Source: Lepidodermella squamata (lineage: Eukaryota; Animalia; Gastrotricha). From it: DNA of 64,000 nucleotides. Made by a program: the position numbers and the translations under genes. This document shows positions 51,079 through 60,954 of the stretch, in pieces. Each line of letters opens with the position of its first letter. Within the stretch, counting starts at the first letter, position 1. The notes beneath the pieces were generated by a model. The model searched no databases and was not told the DNA's origin. It saw only the letters and a program-made list of their open reading frames with translations. The DNA lies in assembly GCA_047495785.1 (NCBI GenBank), contig JBLDXI010000002.1, positions 1,178,001-1,242,000 of the forward strand, read 5' to 3'.

Positions 51079-51742
51079 TCACAAACACCCACAGGAAAAA
51101 AGCCATGAATTCAGTTTTCGTTTTCTAACCCATGATAGTCAGCACACGACATGAATTAGGAAAGCCGTACGTACGTCTCATGGCTGAAATGCCGCACTTC
51201 TATCATAAATCAATAAATTTGTTGCTCAATAAATTAGCCGAAAATCAAGGTATTTTCTGCTTCTGCCTACGTTGGGCCGGGCCTTGATGCGTACGACTTG
51301 AAAAAGCTCCAATAACGACTTGACGAGTCCAGGATGAAGGCGCTTCCCCCGGGACGCCGTTTTGTCCTTACCCAGCCAGGGACGGGGTCTTGCCGAGACA
51401 GGATGATCCCCGATCCCCTGACTATATGCTCTGTTCGAAATGCGAAACAGGAATAATGGCTTGAGCTCTGCGAGTCATCCAAGGCAAGTAAATTCAAAAT
51501 TAGCTGATGCGTGATTGGGTGTGAAGCTCTAGTTAGCTAACCCCAAGTTGCTTGCTCGGCTGGTCGACTGATTCCACAAGCGGTTCAAGTAATTAGTAAT
51601 CTTTTGGCTAGTCCATTTCACGAAAGCTCAAGTTATTTGGCATTAGAAACATCGTGCCACTCAGTTTTATTACACATAGAGTGAACGTAAAAAAATTAAT
51701 GCGGTACAGTTTTTGTGCAAAATAAAGTTACGGTATCATATA

Positions 51743-52255
51743 TCAAGCTCGCCGCACGAAATGTTCGATGGGCAACTCAATTAACCGTTCAACTCGCTGC
51801 CGTTCCAATTTCCCCAACGGATCGCGAGCTGTCAGCCGTTCCGGCTGTGTTAGCCCACTAGCTGCCGGTAGAATGACCTTCAATCGAACAGCCTCAAGCG
51901 CCGTCGCTTGAGATGCAACCAAGTGATTGATTTCCTGGGTTCGATTCGCCTCATATCGCAATCGAACGACTCGAAGCCGATTTCTAGCCTCGGCGGCTTT
52001 CAGCTCGCCAATGAGGTCCAACTGGCGCTCACGTTCTCGTCGCGTTTCCTCGTCCTCAGCTGATGAAGGCATGTTAGGCTGTGATTCTTCCGCCGCTTGT
52101 TTCGCTTGCATAATTCGCTTCTTCGCATCTCGAGCTGCTTCTAAGGCTTGCTTTGGCGGGTCGGAATATATTTTTTTCCGAAGCAGAAACTGGTTAATTT
52201 CCCCTGGTTGTTTTCTCGAAGTACTTGGTGATGCGTTATCGGATCCGCGACCCAT
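51743..52255 (-). CDS. LKAAEAR1: LKAAEAR motif-containing protein 1
   Basis: Contains IGELKAAEARNRLRVVRLRY..QEINHLVASQATALEAVRL..DPL...ERQRVE. The likely ATG at 52255 lies just after a polypyrimidine-AG. Confidence 0.85.
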   Translation of the reverse strand: MGRGSDNASPSTSRKQPGEINQFLLRKKIYSDPPKQALEAARDAKKRIMQAKQAAEESQPNMPSSAEDEETRRERERQLDLIGELKAAEARNRLRVVRLRYEANRTQEINHLVASQATALEAVRLKVILPAASGLTQPERLTARDPLGKLERQRVERLIELPIEHFVRRA

Positions 52256-52505
52256 TATTAAAAAATTTCTCCCTAATAAAATAAAAACGAAATTTAGATC
52301 AATTAATATTTTAATTTGTTGGCAAATCACAACACAACATGAGCTTTGAGCATAATACTGTCAAAAGATCACAGCCAAAATGATAAAACAACTCAGCAGC
52401 ACTCATTTTTGCTATTTCAACAGCATTAATTTTTTCAATAAAATTTGAGTGTCGATTAAAAAAGTGCTGTGAGCAAAATAAGTGACAAAAGCATATAAAT
52501 ACTAG

Positions 52506-55500
52506 TTATTTTTCGCCATGGCACTTCCAAACGAAAATGCAACAATCATCTCCGCCGGCTGAGAACAAATGACTGTCATCTATTGAAAATTGAACATTAG
52601 TAACATGAGCAGAATGGCCGATGAACGCTTTGCTTCTCGCGCCAGGCGTCGAGCAAGGGAAGGCAGCTAGGCGGACAAAACCGTGGTCATCCCCAGCGGC
52701 AACAACATTGCCATTTTGCGAGACACAACACGAATTAACCTCGGTAGATGCTTGAGCTTGTTCAGCCGCTGTCGCCCAAAATCCAACTGTTTCCTTACCG
52801 GCAACACTTGTCCACGTGTGCCAAGTTTTCATCTCGGCCTCAGCCGTGTTTTTCACTGAATTTCCGTCCGGAATTGAGAAAAACTTGTGCCCGTAATTGC
52901 CATCTGCAACGCGAAGAACCGTTCCATCTTCGGAGAAGTCCATCTTATTAACGCAACCAGTTACCCCCTTGCATGAGCCGATTCGCTTCGGCGATTGCGG
53001 GTCGGTGATGTTGTACAAATCCACGCAGCAATCTTGCCCGCCAACGGCTAGAATCGCGCCATCCGGGCTGAATTTTACGTCATTAATCGGTTTACCGCGA
53101 TCTCGAATTTTATAAGCGACTTTCAGTGGATCATTGAGATTACCCATTGCTACTATCAAAAGTTGGCCATTAGTCAGGCCAACAGCGACAAAGCGACCAT
53201 TCGGCGAGATTGAGCAAGATTGAGCTGGAGCAGGGCATTGTAAACGCCGAGTTTGAGTCTTCTTTGTTATATCCCAAACTCGAAGGGACGCGTCTTGCGA
53301 GGCTGAAACTACGATGTTAGGTTCTTTAGGGTGGACTGATAGACCCCACAACTCGCCACCGCCATGGGCTGTCATCAAAGGTTGGCCCGTTGAAGTTCGC
53401 TCGGTCAACATCCAAATTTCATTTGAGGACAGACCAACAAGGATGGATCCTCGAATTCGGGAGACTGATTTAACGCAAACAGATTTTTCACGATCGGCGC
53501 CGTCAGCAATTGCCGCTAGGGCGTGGGGTTCAATTGAAAATGGCTTGCATCGATTCATATCAGGATCCCAAAGTTTCACAACGGTATTTTCGTTATTAGC
53601 AATCGGCTCTTTCGCCCCTGTTACGATGAAACCATCAACAGGTGTTGTATACATGGCGAAAATCGGGCCGAAATGAGCCTTTGCAATTATTTTAAACAGC
53701 TGGTTTTCACGCCACACGTAAATGTCGCCCATCATTGAACCGGTGTAGGTCAAAACTGGTCCATTTTGCGGCTGTCCAAATGCAAGTGAAAGCATAGTTG
53801 GAATTCGAGTCCGATCTCCTCCTGCAGATGATGGGCGTGCGTCTTTTTGAACTACAACGCCCCGTTTTCCGACAATTTGAGTCCCGGCGACCTGCCAAAA
53901 TCGAAGGTGACGAACTCCGACTGAGACCATTTGAGACTCTGAGTCGGGTTTGAATTGGCATAGGAAAATCCTAGTATCACTGCCTTGACATTTCGCGTGG
54001 ATTGCGGCTTCTTGCCAACGCCAGACCACGATAGTAAACGTTGGATCGTCAACTCCGACCGAAGCTAAAAATCGGCCTGAAGTCGAAAAATCTAACGAGC
54101 AAACACCCTTGCCATGTGGGGTCTTCAAAATCGCCACGGTTTGGGGCCCGTTCGGATTCGCAGCATCCCAAACGTGAATAGTTGGTTCTGTCGAGATTTG
54201 GCCCGTCGCGACTATATGCCACATTTTCGGGTTTTTATTCGTCGCCAAGCTTATGATGTCATCATCGTGCTCTAGATAGAAAGACTGCTTGCCTGTCGAA
54301 AGATCAAGGACGATGCCAGCCCCAGCAGCGTGGTACACAACCTTTTGCTGCCGGTCCCCAGCATCGGTATCAAGCAAGAAAAAAACATTTTGGCGACAAT
54401 CGTAGCCGCGATATCCGAAAATATACTCAAGGGAGAGGTCGAAAATCCGCGAGAAACGACTTTGAGACGACGTTGCTACCAACTTTTGTTGCCTGGGAGT
54501 TCTTGCACTAGTATGAAACTCCTCAGTAATCGTATTCAAATGCTGTTCATGAGGTTTGGCTGCATCAGCAGCAACAGCTCTACGCTTGTTTTCAGCGTAA
54601 ACTTTGGACATATAGTCTAGGTCCTTTTCATATTGGACATCCGAATCGAAGCCTCCGGCGTCATCACTTTCTACATCTGACTCTTCGCTGTCGCCACCAG
54701 AAATTAAGGTTGATCCTCGCCGGAGATCATTCTGACCTCTAAGGGCCCAAATGCAGGCCGAGGTATCAGCACCTCCTACTGATATCAAGAATTTGTCCCC
54801 GACGGTCCACCTAACATTGGTTACGTGGGCTGAATGCGCGCCGTAAGATCGAAACTTCGCGAATTTTCCCCTACAAGGGTAATTGAAGAGCTTAACGAAT
54901 CCGAAATCATCGCCTGTAGCAATCAACTGCCGGTCTGCTGTGACACACGCTGCATTTATGTCAGTAACGTCAGCTCTAGGCGGCCATAATCCCTCGCAAT
55001 TCTGCCCTAAAACCCCTGTTAAGGAGGACCATCCCCTAGCGTCAACATCCGCGTTCTTCAGGGCGATCCGCTTCCCGCTTGGGGCCTCGAAAAATAGCGT
55101 CTCTTTCGCGCCGGAATTGACCATGAGTAATTTACCACTTTCGTCCCAATCAATGTGAGTAATATAACTCGACGCTCCTCGGCAGATGCCGCAGCGTTTT
55201 TGAGATTGAACGTTGTAGATGTCAACAAAATTATCATGTGAAGCTACAGCAACGTACTTATTCAAACCAGGCGCCCATTTAATGTCTGAAATCTCCTCTT
55301 GGCGATGGTGAAGTTCAATCATTGAGTCGAAAGAATTCGCGTCAACAACTGAAACCTTGCCATCGATGTAGCCAACAGCTAACAGAGTTCCATCAGGTGA
55401 GAAAGCAATGCATCTAATAGCTTGTCTCATCTTTTTCGCGCGAACCATTGAACGAGAGGCAATAGACCAAACTCGAATGGTGCGGTCATCGCTAGCGGTT

Positions 55501-58500
55501 GCGAAAATACTCCCGTCGATAGGGTGGCAAGTCAACCCCCAAATTTCCCCTTCGCCGTGGCCTTGTGTAAGAATGACGAAAGTCCCATTCTTATCGAGTT
55601 CGAGAACATCGCCGGTTTTAGTACCAACCAAAATTTTCCCATGTCCTAACATCACTGATCGGACGCTAGGTTTGTCCTCTAAGAGGAAACCTCTTGTGCA
55701 TGATGATGACAGCAAGCCATATGTTCGTAAATTTCGCTCGAAACTGGCGTCCCATAGGCTAACTAAGCCATCTTTGCCGCCAGTTACGAACCCTTTATCC
55801 AACGAATGAATCGCGCTGCAAGGTCCATTGTGAGCTTGAACAACCCGTTCTAATTGATTACCTTTCCAGCAATAAACGTGACCAGATAGAGATCCGCTGA
55901 AGCAAATTTCAGCTGAATGCCCGTAAGCGACGCATATCATCGTGTCTAAACGAGCTACGGTGCCGAACGTTGCTCGATTTGAAGTAAAACCTCCACCAGC
56001 TTGTTTCCAAAACCGAATCAGCTTGTCACCGACTGTTACCAGCCGATCAGGGTCGAATGGATTAAATTTAACGGCGAAGATGTCAGCCTTATGAACTCGC
56101 GTACTTGCCAATTTTTCACCCTTTTTCCAGTCCCAGACTATGAGGGTTCTATCATCGTCCATGCCAATAGTTGCCAGTTTTCGGCCGCCATCCGATGGCC
56201 CGGAGAAATCAGCCGCGCAAATGCCTCGCGAATGATCTCCGCCGAGTATAGCCAGCGCGGTGTTTCCCGGCTGCTGCGCATCCCAAACATGGCAAGTCGG
56301 TTTCCGCCCGATTTGACCGGTCGCGACGATGTCTTTGACGGGATGAACAGCTAGGCACAGAATGTCGTCAGTGTGACCCTTGTAGAATCGCTGCGATAGC
56401 GTCTCGCGATTCATAACTACACCCAGAGCGGCAACAAAGTAGACAGCTTCCCCGGATTGGGTGTAGGCGACATTTTGACGGCAATCGTAGCCCCGGTAGC
56501 CGAAAGAGTGATAAAGTACCAAGCCTTGAGTCGGTAGTTCTTGCCGCTTGTCTCCCGGAGCTAAGTCTGATTTGATTGCTCGTTTGAGCCCCGAACCTAG
56601 ATCGGCTTTTCGGTCAAGTCTGGCTGCTCCAGCAGCAACTACACGTTGTTGCCGTTCAGTTTCTGAGTCTACTTCACGATCAGACCTCTCCGAGTCGGTA
56701 TAATCCGTCATCGAATCCATATAAGCGTTATCTTCCTCCGCCGAAATTACACGCTCGTGAGCCATATCATCCATGCTGGCTGATGCTGCGACGGCTGACC
56801 CTACTCGGGACGATATCAAAGACTCAGTTCCAGCCGGAATGAAGCGCCACTGAAGAATGCCCCGATCAGCACCCCCAGTAGATAAAACATATTTACCATC
56901 TGATGAGAACTTAATATTCGTAACGTGGGAAGAATGGCCGACGTAGCGACGATACTTGGTTCCCTTTCTTGGGCAAGGGAAATTGAACAACTTCACCAAG
57001 CCACTGTCATCCCCAGTGGCGATCGCATTGTTAATGAAGCTTGCATCAGCTGCATTTATATCTGTAATTGAGGATTGCGAATATTTTTCCCAGATTCCTG
57101 CACATTCCGGGCCGAGGATGCAGGTCCAAGATGCCCATCGCACTGTCGCCAGTTCTTCAGCTCGAGGCGTTATCAACTGCCCGTTTCGAGCGTCGTGAAA
57201 TAACCTCTCGCCTGCGCCTGAGTTCAGTTGAATAAACAACGAATCGGAAGACCAGTCTAAATGAGTTATATAGCTCGAAGCACCCTTGCATGTAACGACC
57301 TTTCGATAGCCATTTGCGACGGAGTAAATGTCAACAAAATTGTCATGAGAACCAACAGCGAGTAAAGCATCATTTGGGCTATATTTCATGTCGCTTATCA
57401 CTTCTTTGCGATCATGAATGTTGAAGAGTTCTTTCAAATTTTCTTTCGTCGAGAAAACAAGGAAGGCTCCGTTAATCAAGCCAACTGCAAGATGAGTATT
57501 GTCTCCATTTAAAGCACAGCTACGTCCGCCCGCAGGCAAGCTCACGCGAGCAACGATACGATGTTCATCATAGTCCCATAATCTCAGGGTGCAATCGTCA
57601 CTAGCGGTAGCGAAGACGCTTTTGCTCTTGCTGATACATAATCCCCAAAGTTCTCCGTCACTGTGGCCAACAGCAAAACTCCGAATTTTTGGGCCGCTGG
57701 AAGCACCTGAGTTGAACGTGGCCTCAAACAGTTCCCCGCCTTCGGTTCCAATCATGACTGCTCCCCCGTTGACTGCCATTGTAGCTACACACATGCCTTT
57801 GTATCCACCAGGGGCTTGAGTAGTAAGGTTGATCCTCCCCAGGCTGTCGAACTGAAGATCCCACACAGCAATGCAACCATCTTTACCACCAGTCACGATA
57901 CCACCAAAATCAGTGATCGCAACGGCTCGCGCGCCTCCTGGGTGCGCTTGCTTGATTACACCAACTATTTGCAGGTTATTCCAGATACAAATGTCACCAC
58001 TTTGTGTGGCGGAGAACAACCGGCCATCCTTCGAATAACACATGCTAAAAACTGTTTGGACCTCAGCAGATCTACCAAAAATGCCGCCCTTGCCGACCAA
58101 AGTATTTCCGGTAACATTCCAAAACTTGATATTACGAACACCTCCTGTGGCGCAAGCGGTTGGATCCGTTAAATGGCACCGCAAATCGAAAACATCGTTA
58201 GAGTGAGCAATGGCTGATGCCACCTGTTTTCCTTTAGACCATTGCCAAGCGATAATTGATGCTTTGCCAAGCAAGCCGACAGACATTAGGCGCTCTCCGT
58301 CACAACTGAAATCGAGCGAAGCAATGCCGATTGTTAACCCTTCTTTCAGAATCGACAGGGTAGTCATGTTTACTGAATTCCATACGCATATATAAGGCGC
58401 TTTTCCGATTTGACCACTAGCCACAATCTCACGTTTCGGATGAATAGCTAAACTCGTGATGTCATCATTATGGCCCAGAAAAAAGCGTTGTTTGTTGCTT

Positions 58501-58661
58501 TTAGTGTCTTCAACAATGCAAGTACCAGCGACAAAGTACACCAACTCTCCAAGTGAATTGTATAACAGATTTTTATTAGATTTAGTGCCGGCATATCCGT
58601 AAACGTGCCACAACTCCAACTTGGATTTTGGAGCGTTGCGGTCCAAGGTTGGCTCTGGCAT
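52506..58661 (-). CDS. EML6: Echinoderm microtubule-associated protein-like 5/6 (three TAPE/HELP-WD40 modules), 2051 aa, single exon
   Basis: Three HELP-like motifs (HVYGYAG; HSFGYRGYDCRQN; YIFGYRGYDCRQN). Each module ends with ATGDD.G.VKLF.FPC...GHS.HVTN..F and WD40 repeats. EML5 versus EML6 is not resolvable. Confidence 0.93.
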   Translation of the reverse strand: MPEPTLDRNAPKSKLELWHVYGYAGTKSNKNLLYNSLGELVYFVAGTCIVEDTKSNKQRFFLGHNDDITSLAIHPKREIVASGQIGKAPYICVWNSVNMTTLSILKEGLTIGIASLDFSCDGERLMSVGLLGKASIIAWQWSKGKQVASAIAHSNDVFDLRCHLTDPTACATGGVRNIKFWNVTGNTLVGKGGIFGRSAEVQTVFSMCYSKDGRLFSATQSGDICIWNNLQIVGVIKQAHPGGARAVAITDFGGIVTGGKDGCIAVWDLQFDSLGRINLTTQAPGGYKGMCVATMAVNGGAVMIGTEGGELFEATFNSGASSGPKIRSFAVGHSDGELWGLCISKSKSVFATASDDCTLRLWDYDEHRIVARVSLPAGGRSCALNGDNTHLAVGLINGAFLVFSTKENLKELFNIHDRKEVISDMKYSPNDALLAVGSHDNFVDIYSVANGYRKVVTCKGASSYITHLDWSSDSLFIQLNSGAGERLFHDARNGQLITPRAEELATVRWASWTCILGPECAGIWEKYSQSSITDINAADASFINNAIATGDDSGLVKLFNFPCPRKGTKYRRYVGHSSHVTNIKFSSDGKYVLSTGGADRGILQWRFIPAGTESLISSRVGSAVAASASMDDMAHERVISAEEDNAYMDSMTDYTDSERSDREVDSETERQQRVVAAGAARLDRKADLGSGLKRAIKSDLAPGDKRQELPTQGLVLYHSFGYRGYDCRQNVAYTQSGEAVYFVAALGVVMNRETLSQRFYKGHTDDILCLAVHPVKDIVATGQIGRKPTCHVWDAQQPGNTALAILGGDHSRGICAADFSGPSDGGRKLATIGMDDDRTLIVWDWKKGEKLASTRVHKADIFAVKFNPFDPDRLVTVGDKLIRFWKQAGGGFTSNRATFGTVARLDTMICVAYGHSAEICFSGSLSGHVYCWKGNQLERVVQAHNGPCSAIHSLDKGFVTGGKDGLVSLWDASFERNLRTYGLLSSSCTRGFLLEDKPSVRSVMLGHGKILVGTKTGDVLELDKNGTFVILTQGHGEGEIWGLTCHPIDGSIFATASDDRTIRVWSIASRSMVRAKKMRQAIRCIAFSPDGTLLAVGYIDGKVSVVDANSFDSMIELHHRQEEISDIKWAPGLNKYVAVASHDNFVDIYNVQSQKRCGICRGASSYITHIDWDESGKLLMVNSGAKETLFFEAPSGKRIALKNADVDARGWSSLTGVLGQNCEGLWPPRADVTDINAACVTADRQLIATGDDFGFVKLFNYPCRGKFAKFRSYGAHSAHVTNVRWTVGDKFLISVGGADTSACIWALRGQNDLRRGSTLISGGDSEESDVESDDAGGFDSDVQYEKDLDYMSKVYAENKRRAVAADAAKPHEQHLNTITEEFHTSARTPRQQKLVATSSQSRFSRIFDLSLEYIFGYRGYDCRQNVFFLLDTDAGDRQQKVVYHAAGAGIVLDLSTGKQSFYLEHDDDIISLATNKNPKMWHIVATGQISTEPTIHVWDAANPNGPQTVAILKTPHGKGVCSLDFSTSGRFLASVGVDDPTFTIVVWRWQEAAIHAKCQGSDTRIFLCQFKPDSESQMVSVGVRHLRFWQVAGTQIVGKRGVVVQKDARPSSAGGDRTRIPTMLSLAFGQPQNGPVLTYTGSMMGDIYVWRENQLFKIIAKAHFGPIFAMYTTPVDGFIVTGAKEPIANNENTVVKLWDPDMNRCKPFSIEPHALAAIADGADREKSVCVKSVSRIRGSILVGLSSNEIWMLTERTSTGQPLMTAHGGGELWGLSVHPKEPNIVVSASQDASLRVWDITKKTQTRRLQCPAPAQSCSISPNGRFVAVGLTNGQLLIVAMGNLNDPLKVAYKIRDRGKPINDVKFSPDGAILAVGGQDCCVDLYNITDPQSPKRIGSCKGVTGCVNKMDFSEDGTVLRVADGNYGHKFFSIPDGNSVKNTAEAEMKTWHTWTSVAGKETVGFWATAAEQAQASTEVNSCCVSQNGNVVAAGDDHGFVRLAAFPCSTPGARSKAFIGHSAHVTNVQFSIDDSHLFSAGGDDCCIFVWKCHGEK

Positions 58662-58807
58662 CTCTATGAAATGCGTAAAGCACCTAGAGCGATAGAGAAA
58701 TTAAAATTAGAAACTGGAAGATGCATCAATTTCATTTATGGATGAAGCAAAGAGCCGAGATGGCTAACGCAGCTCAAACAATAACTCAGGTGCTTCAATA
58801 GTCAGAA

Positions 58808-58840
58808 TGGATGGATAGCTGGATGGCTGGATGGATGGAT
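58808..58840 (+). repeat. Imperfect (GGAT)n microsatellite upstream of EML5/6
   Basis: ggatggatagctggatggctggatggatggat. Confidence 0.7.
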
Positions 58841-60378
58841 TTATGAGCCTCATCGCCGATGTTTCCCGACGTTAAACTTGGCCATTAGCTTGAAAACCTC
58901 AACCTCATTCACCAATGGATGCTCGAACATTGACTGGTAGCGAGATTTCGCATGTAGAGGCAGAGTGGGCCTTTACGAGGACTAACTTCGTTGACAATCA
59001 GGAGCCCCGACGCCGAACCACGTTGCTAATAGCAATTCTTTTATAAAAATATACCAACTAATTATATTTAAATATATTTTAGAAATCACACAATATATTA
59101 TAATATAGTGTGAAAAACTTTGGCGCGCAAATTTAGGTTTGTTTATTTCATTGGTGGAAGAATTTTTTCGTCAGCCACGCTGTGGAGTATTTTTTTGAGT
59201 CGAGCTTTTTGAGCCTTTGGCGGGTTAGCCATCAACCTGAGCTCAGCGGTTGCTAAAGGATGCAAGCGTGGCCTACTGAATCCCGTTCGAAGTACCTATC
59301 CGAAACTGCCGGTAGGCAGTGTTCCGGTAGGCAAGTCATAAAGTGGTTTTCTGTCTCGTAACCGGTCAGACGATTTTGGTCTCTTGTCTTCCATTACTAA
59401 AACATGACATAACTGTCATTTTTTCTCGTTAATCACGTAGGTTACGGGCAATTATAACGGGCTTAAAGGATTTTCCTACACAAAATTAGGATCTAAATAG
59501 CCCCAGCCACCCCCAGCAATCGAAATACGTGAGATTAGCGCGACAAGTCGCAGGAAATTCGTTAAATCTTGCTAACCTATCAGTTGAACCTCTGAATCTG
59601 TCTCGTAATTTAATTACTATATTACCGGGTTTTTGGAGCGGTAGGCGGGAGAGAGGTTGCATAGATCGCTCCCTGATCCCTGATCCCAGCCCTGACCTTT
59701 ATCCTTTACCACGCTAATTTTAACACAACAGGACGGTGCCAGCCTGTGTAGATTTAACCAAATCGGTCTGAAAATTGAATGACTTGCTCTCAACTGGCTC
59801 ATATCAATTTCTGCCGATTACTTACTCGGTCGCTTGAGAACGAACTTCCGAGGTGATCTTCCTTTCCTGTCGCTGTTTGAAATTTGCATACTGCCTGCCG
59901 ATATACTTACGTGTTTACCTCATTATATTAATTATTGAATATTCCTTCAGGAAGACAGCTTGCTCCCAAATCTCCTGAACTGAAAAAGTGAAACTCGACG
60001 TACTTATTGATCTAGGGGCTGATAGCCAATGACCGCGTGAAATATGGTTAAGGTATTCGCTGTAACCGATTGGGGTTTTGTTTTCTTCTTAATTAGTGAA
60101 TTAACTTGACCCGCGAATCAAATTTTGCCATCTTGACGCATGCCACCCCGGATACGGAGTAAGGTAAAGGCCTTCTGTTTGGCCGCATTGCAAATGTCTC
60201 CTCACGCATGGGTGAAGTCTGGGGCCTGGGGCTATAATGTGACTGCTTGTGACCCCGCCACTGACCCCGCCACACTAGACTTGATCCTCTATTCTTAATA
60301 TTCGGATCGTGTTGGGCCGTTCAGCGTTTTACGATTACGTTTAATTTTGGTTTCAAGTTTTTTAGATATTAATAATAA

Positions 60379-60897
60379 ATGGTACGCGTGAAGAGAAGAT
60401 ACATATTGCTTTCGATTACTTTCCACGGAGATTTCCGGAAGCGTTCCGCGAAGCCCTACCTCTCTGATCGTATAATAGCTGAATTATTACGTCAGTCTAT
60501 TAGTCATTTGCTCGGCGAAAATGGTGCCGCTGTGATAGCCGGGAAAGAGTTGCGGGTTATATCTACTATACCCATCGAAAACGTTCTGGCTGAGAAAAAG
60601 GAGATCTGCGAAGAAATTTTAGAGTCTGGTCTTGCTTTGAGCTCTTCATTCTTAACAATTGTGCGGTGCGCTCGGGCACATATGCCGCTTTTGCAAACTG
60701 CAGCCACTTTTGTCGATTGCGTACCTGCCAGTGTTTTGCCTGGAAATGAATTGGGACCTATTTCTTTTCGTTCGTTAACAATATCTGGCACCCTCCGAGG
60801 CTGCCGCAAGCGGCTGCTGACAATCCTGCGACGAAGAGCTGCGATATATGGAACTTTTACCGATCCAAACGTTGTGATGCAAGATAAAAATAAATAG
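60379..60897 (+). CDS. POP5: RNase P/MRP subunit POP5
   Basis: N-terminal MVRVKRRYILL and C-terminal ISGTLRGCRK motifs of the Rpp14/Pop5 family; 172 aa. Confidence 0.85.
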   Translation: MVRVKRRYILLSITFHGDFRKRSAKPYLSDRIIAELLRQSISHLLGENGAAVIAGKELRVISTIPIENVLAEKKEICEEILESGLALSSSFLTIVRCARAHMPLLQTAATFVDCVPASVLPGNELGPISFRSLTISGTLRGCRKRLLTILRRRAAIYGTFTDPNVVMQDKNK

Positions 60898-60954
60898 TCA
60901 TAATTGTTTTGTTTAAATTAATGGGCCTTTTTTTGAGACATTAGACAAATTTGA

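Noticed and set aside
51310-51365. Hammerhead-like TTGACGAGTCCAGGATGAAG
   Set aside because: Core deviates (no CUGANGA/GAAA), stem II loop is one nucleotide and stem I does not form.
60100-60300. RNase P/MRP RNA gene beside POP5
   Set aside because: No CR-I/CR-V pair forming P4; the features (GCCATCTT, duplicated GACCCCGCCAC) look like ordinary promoter/5' UTR sequence.
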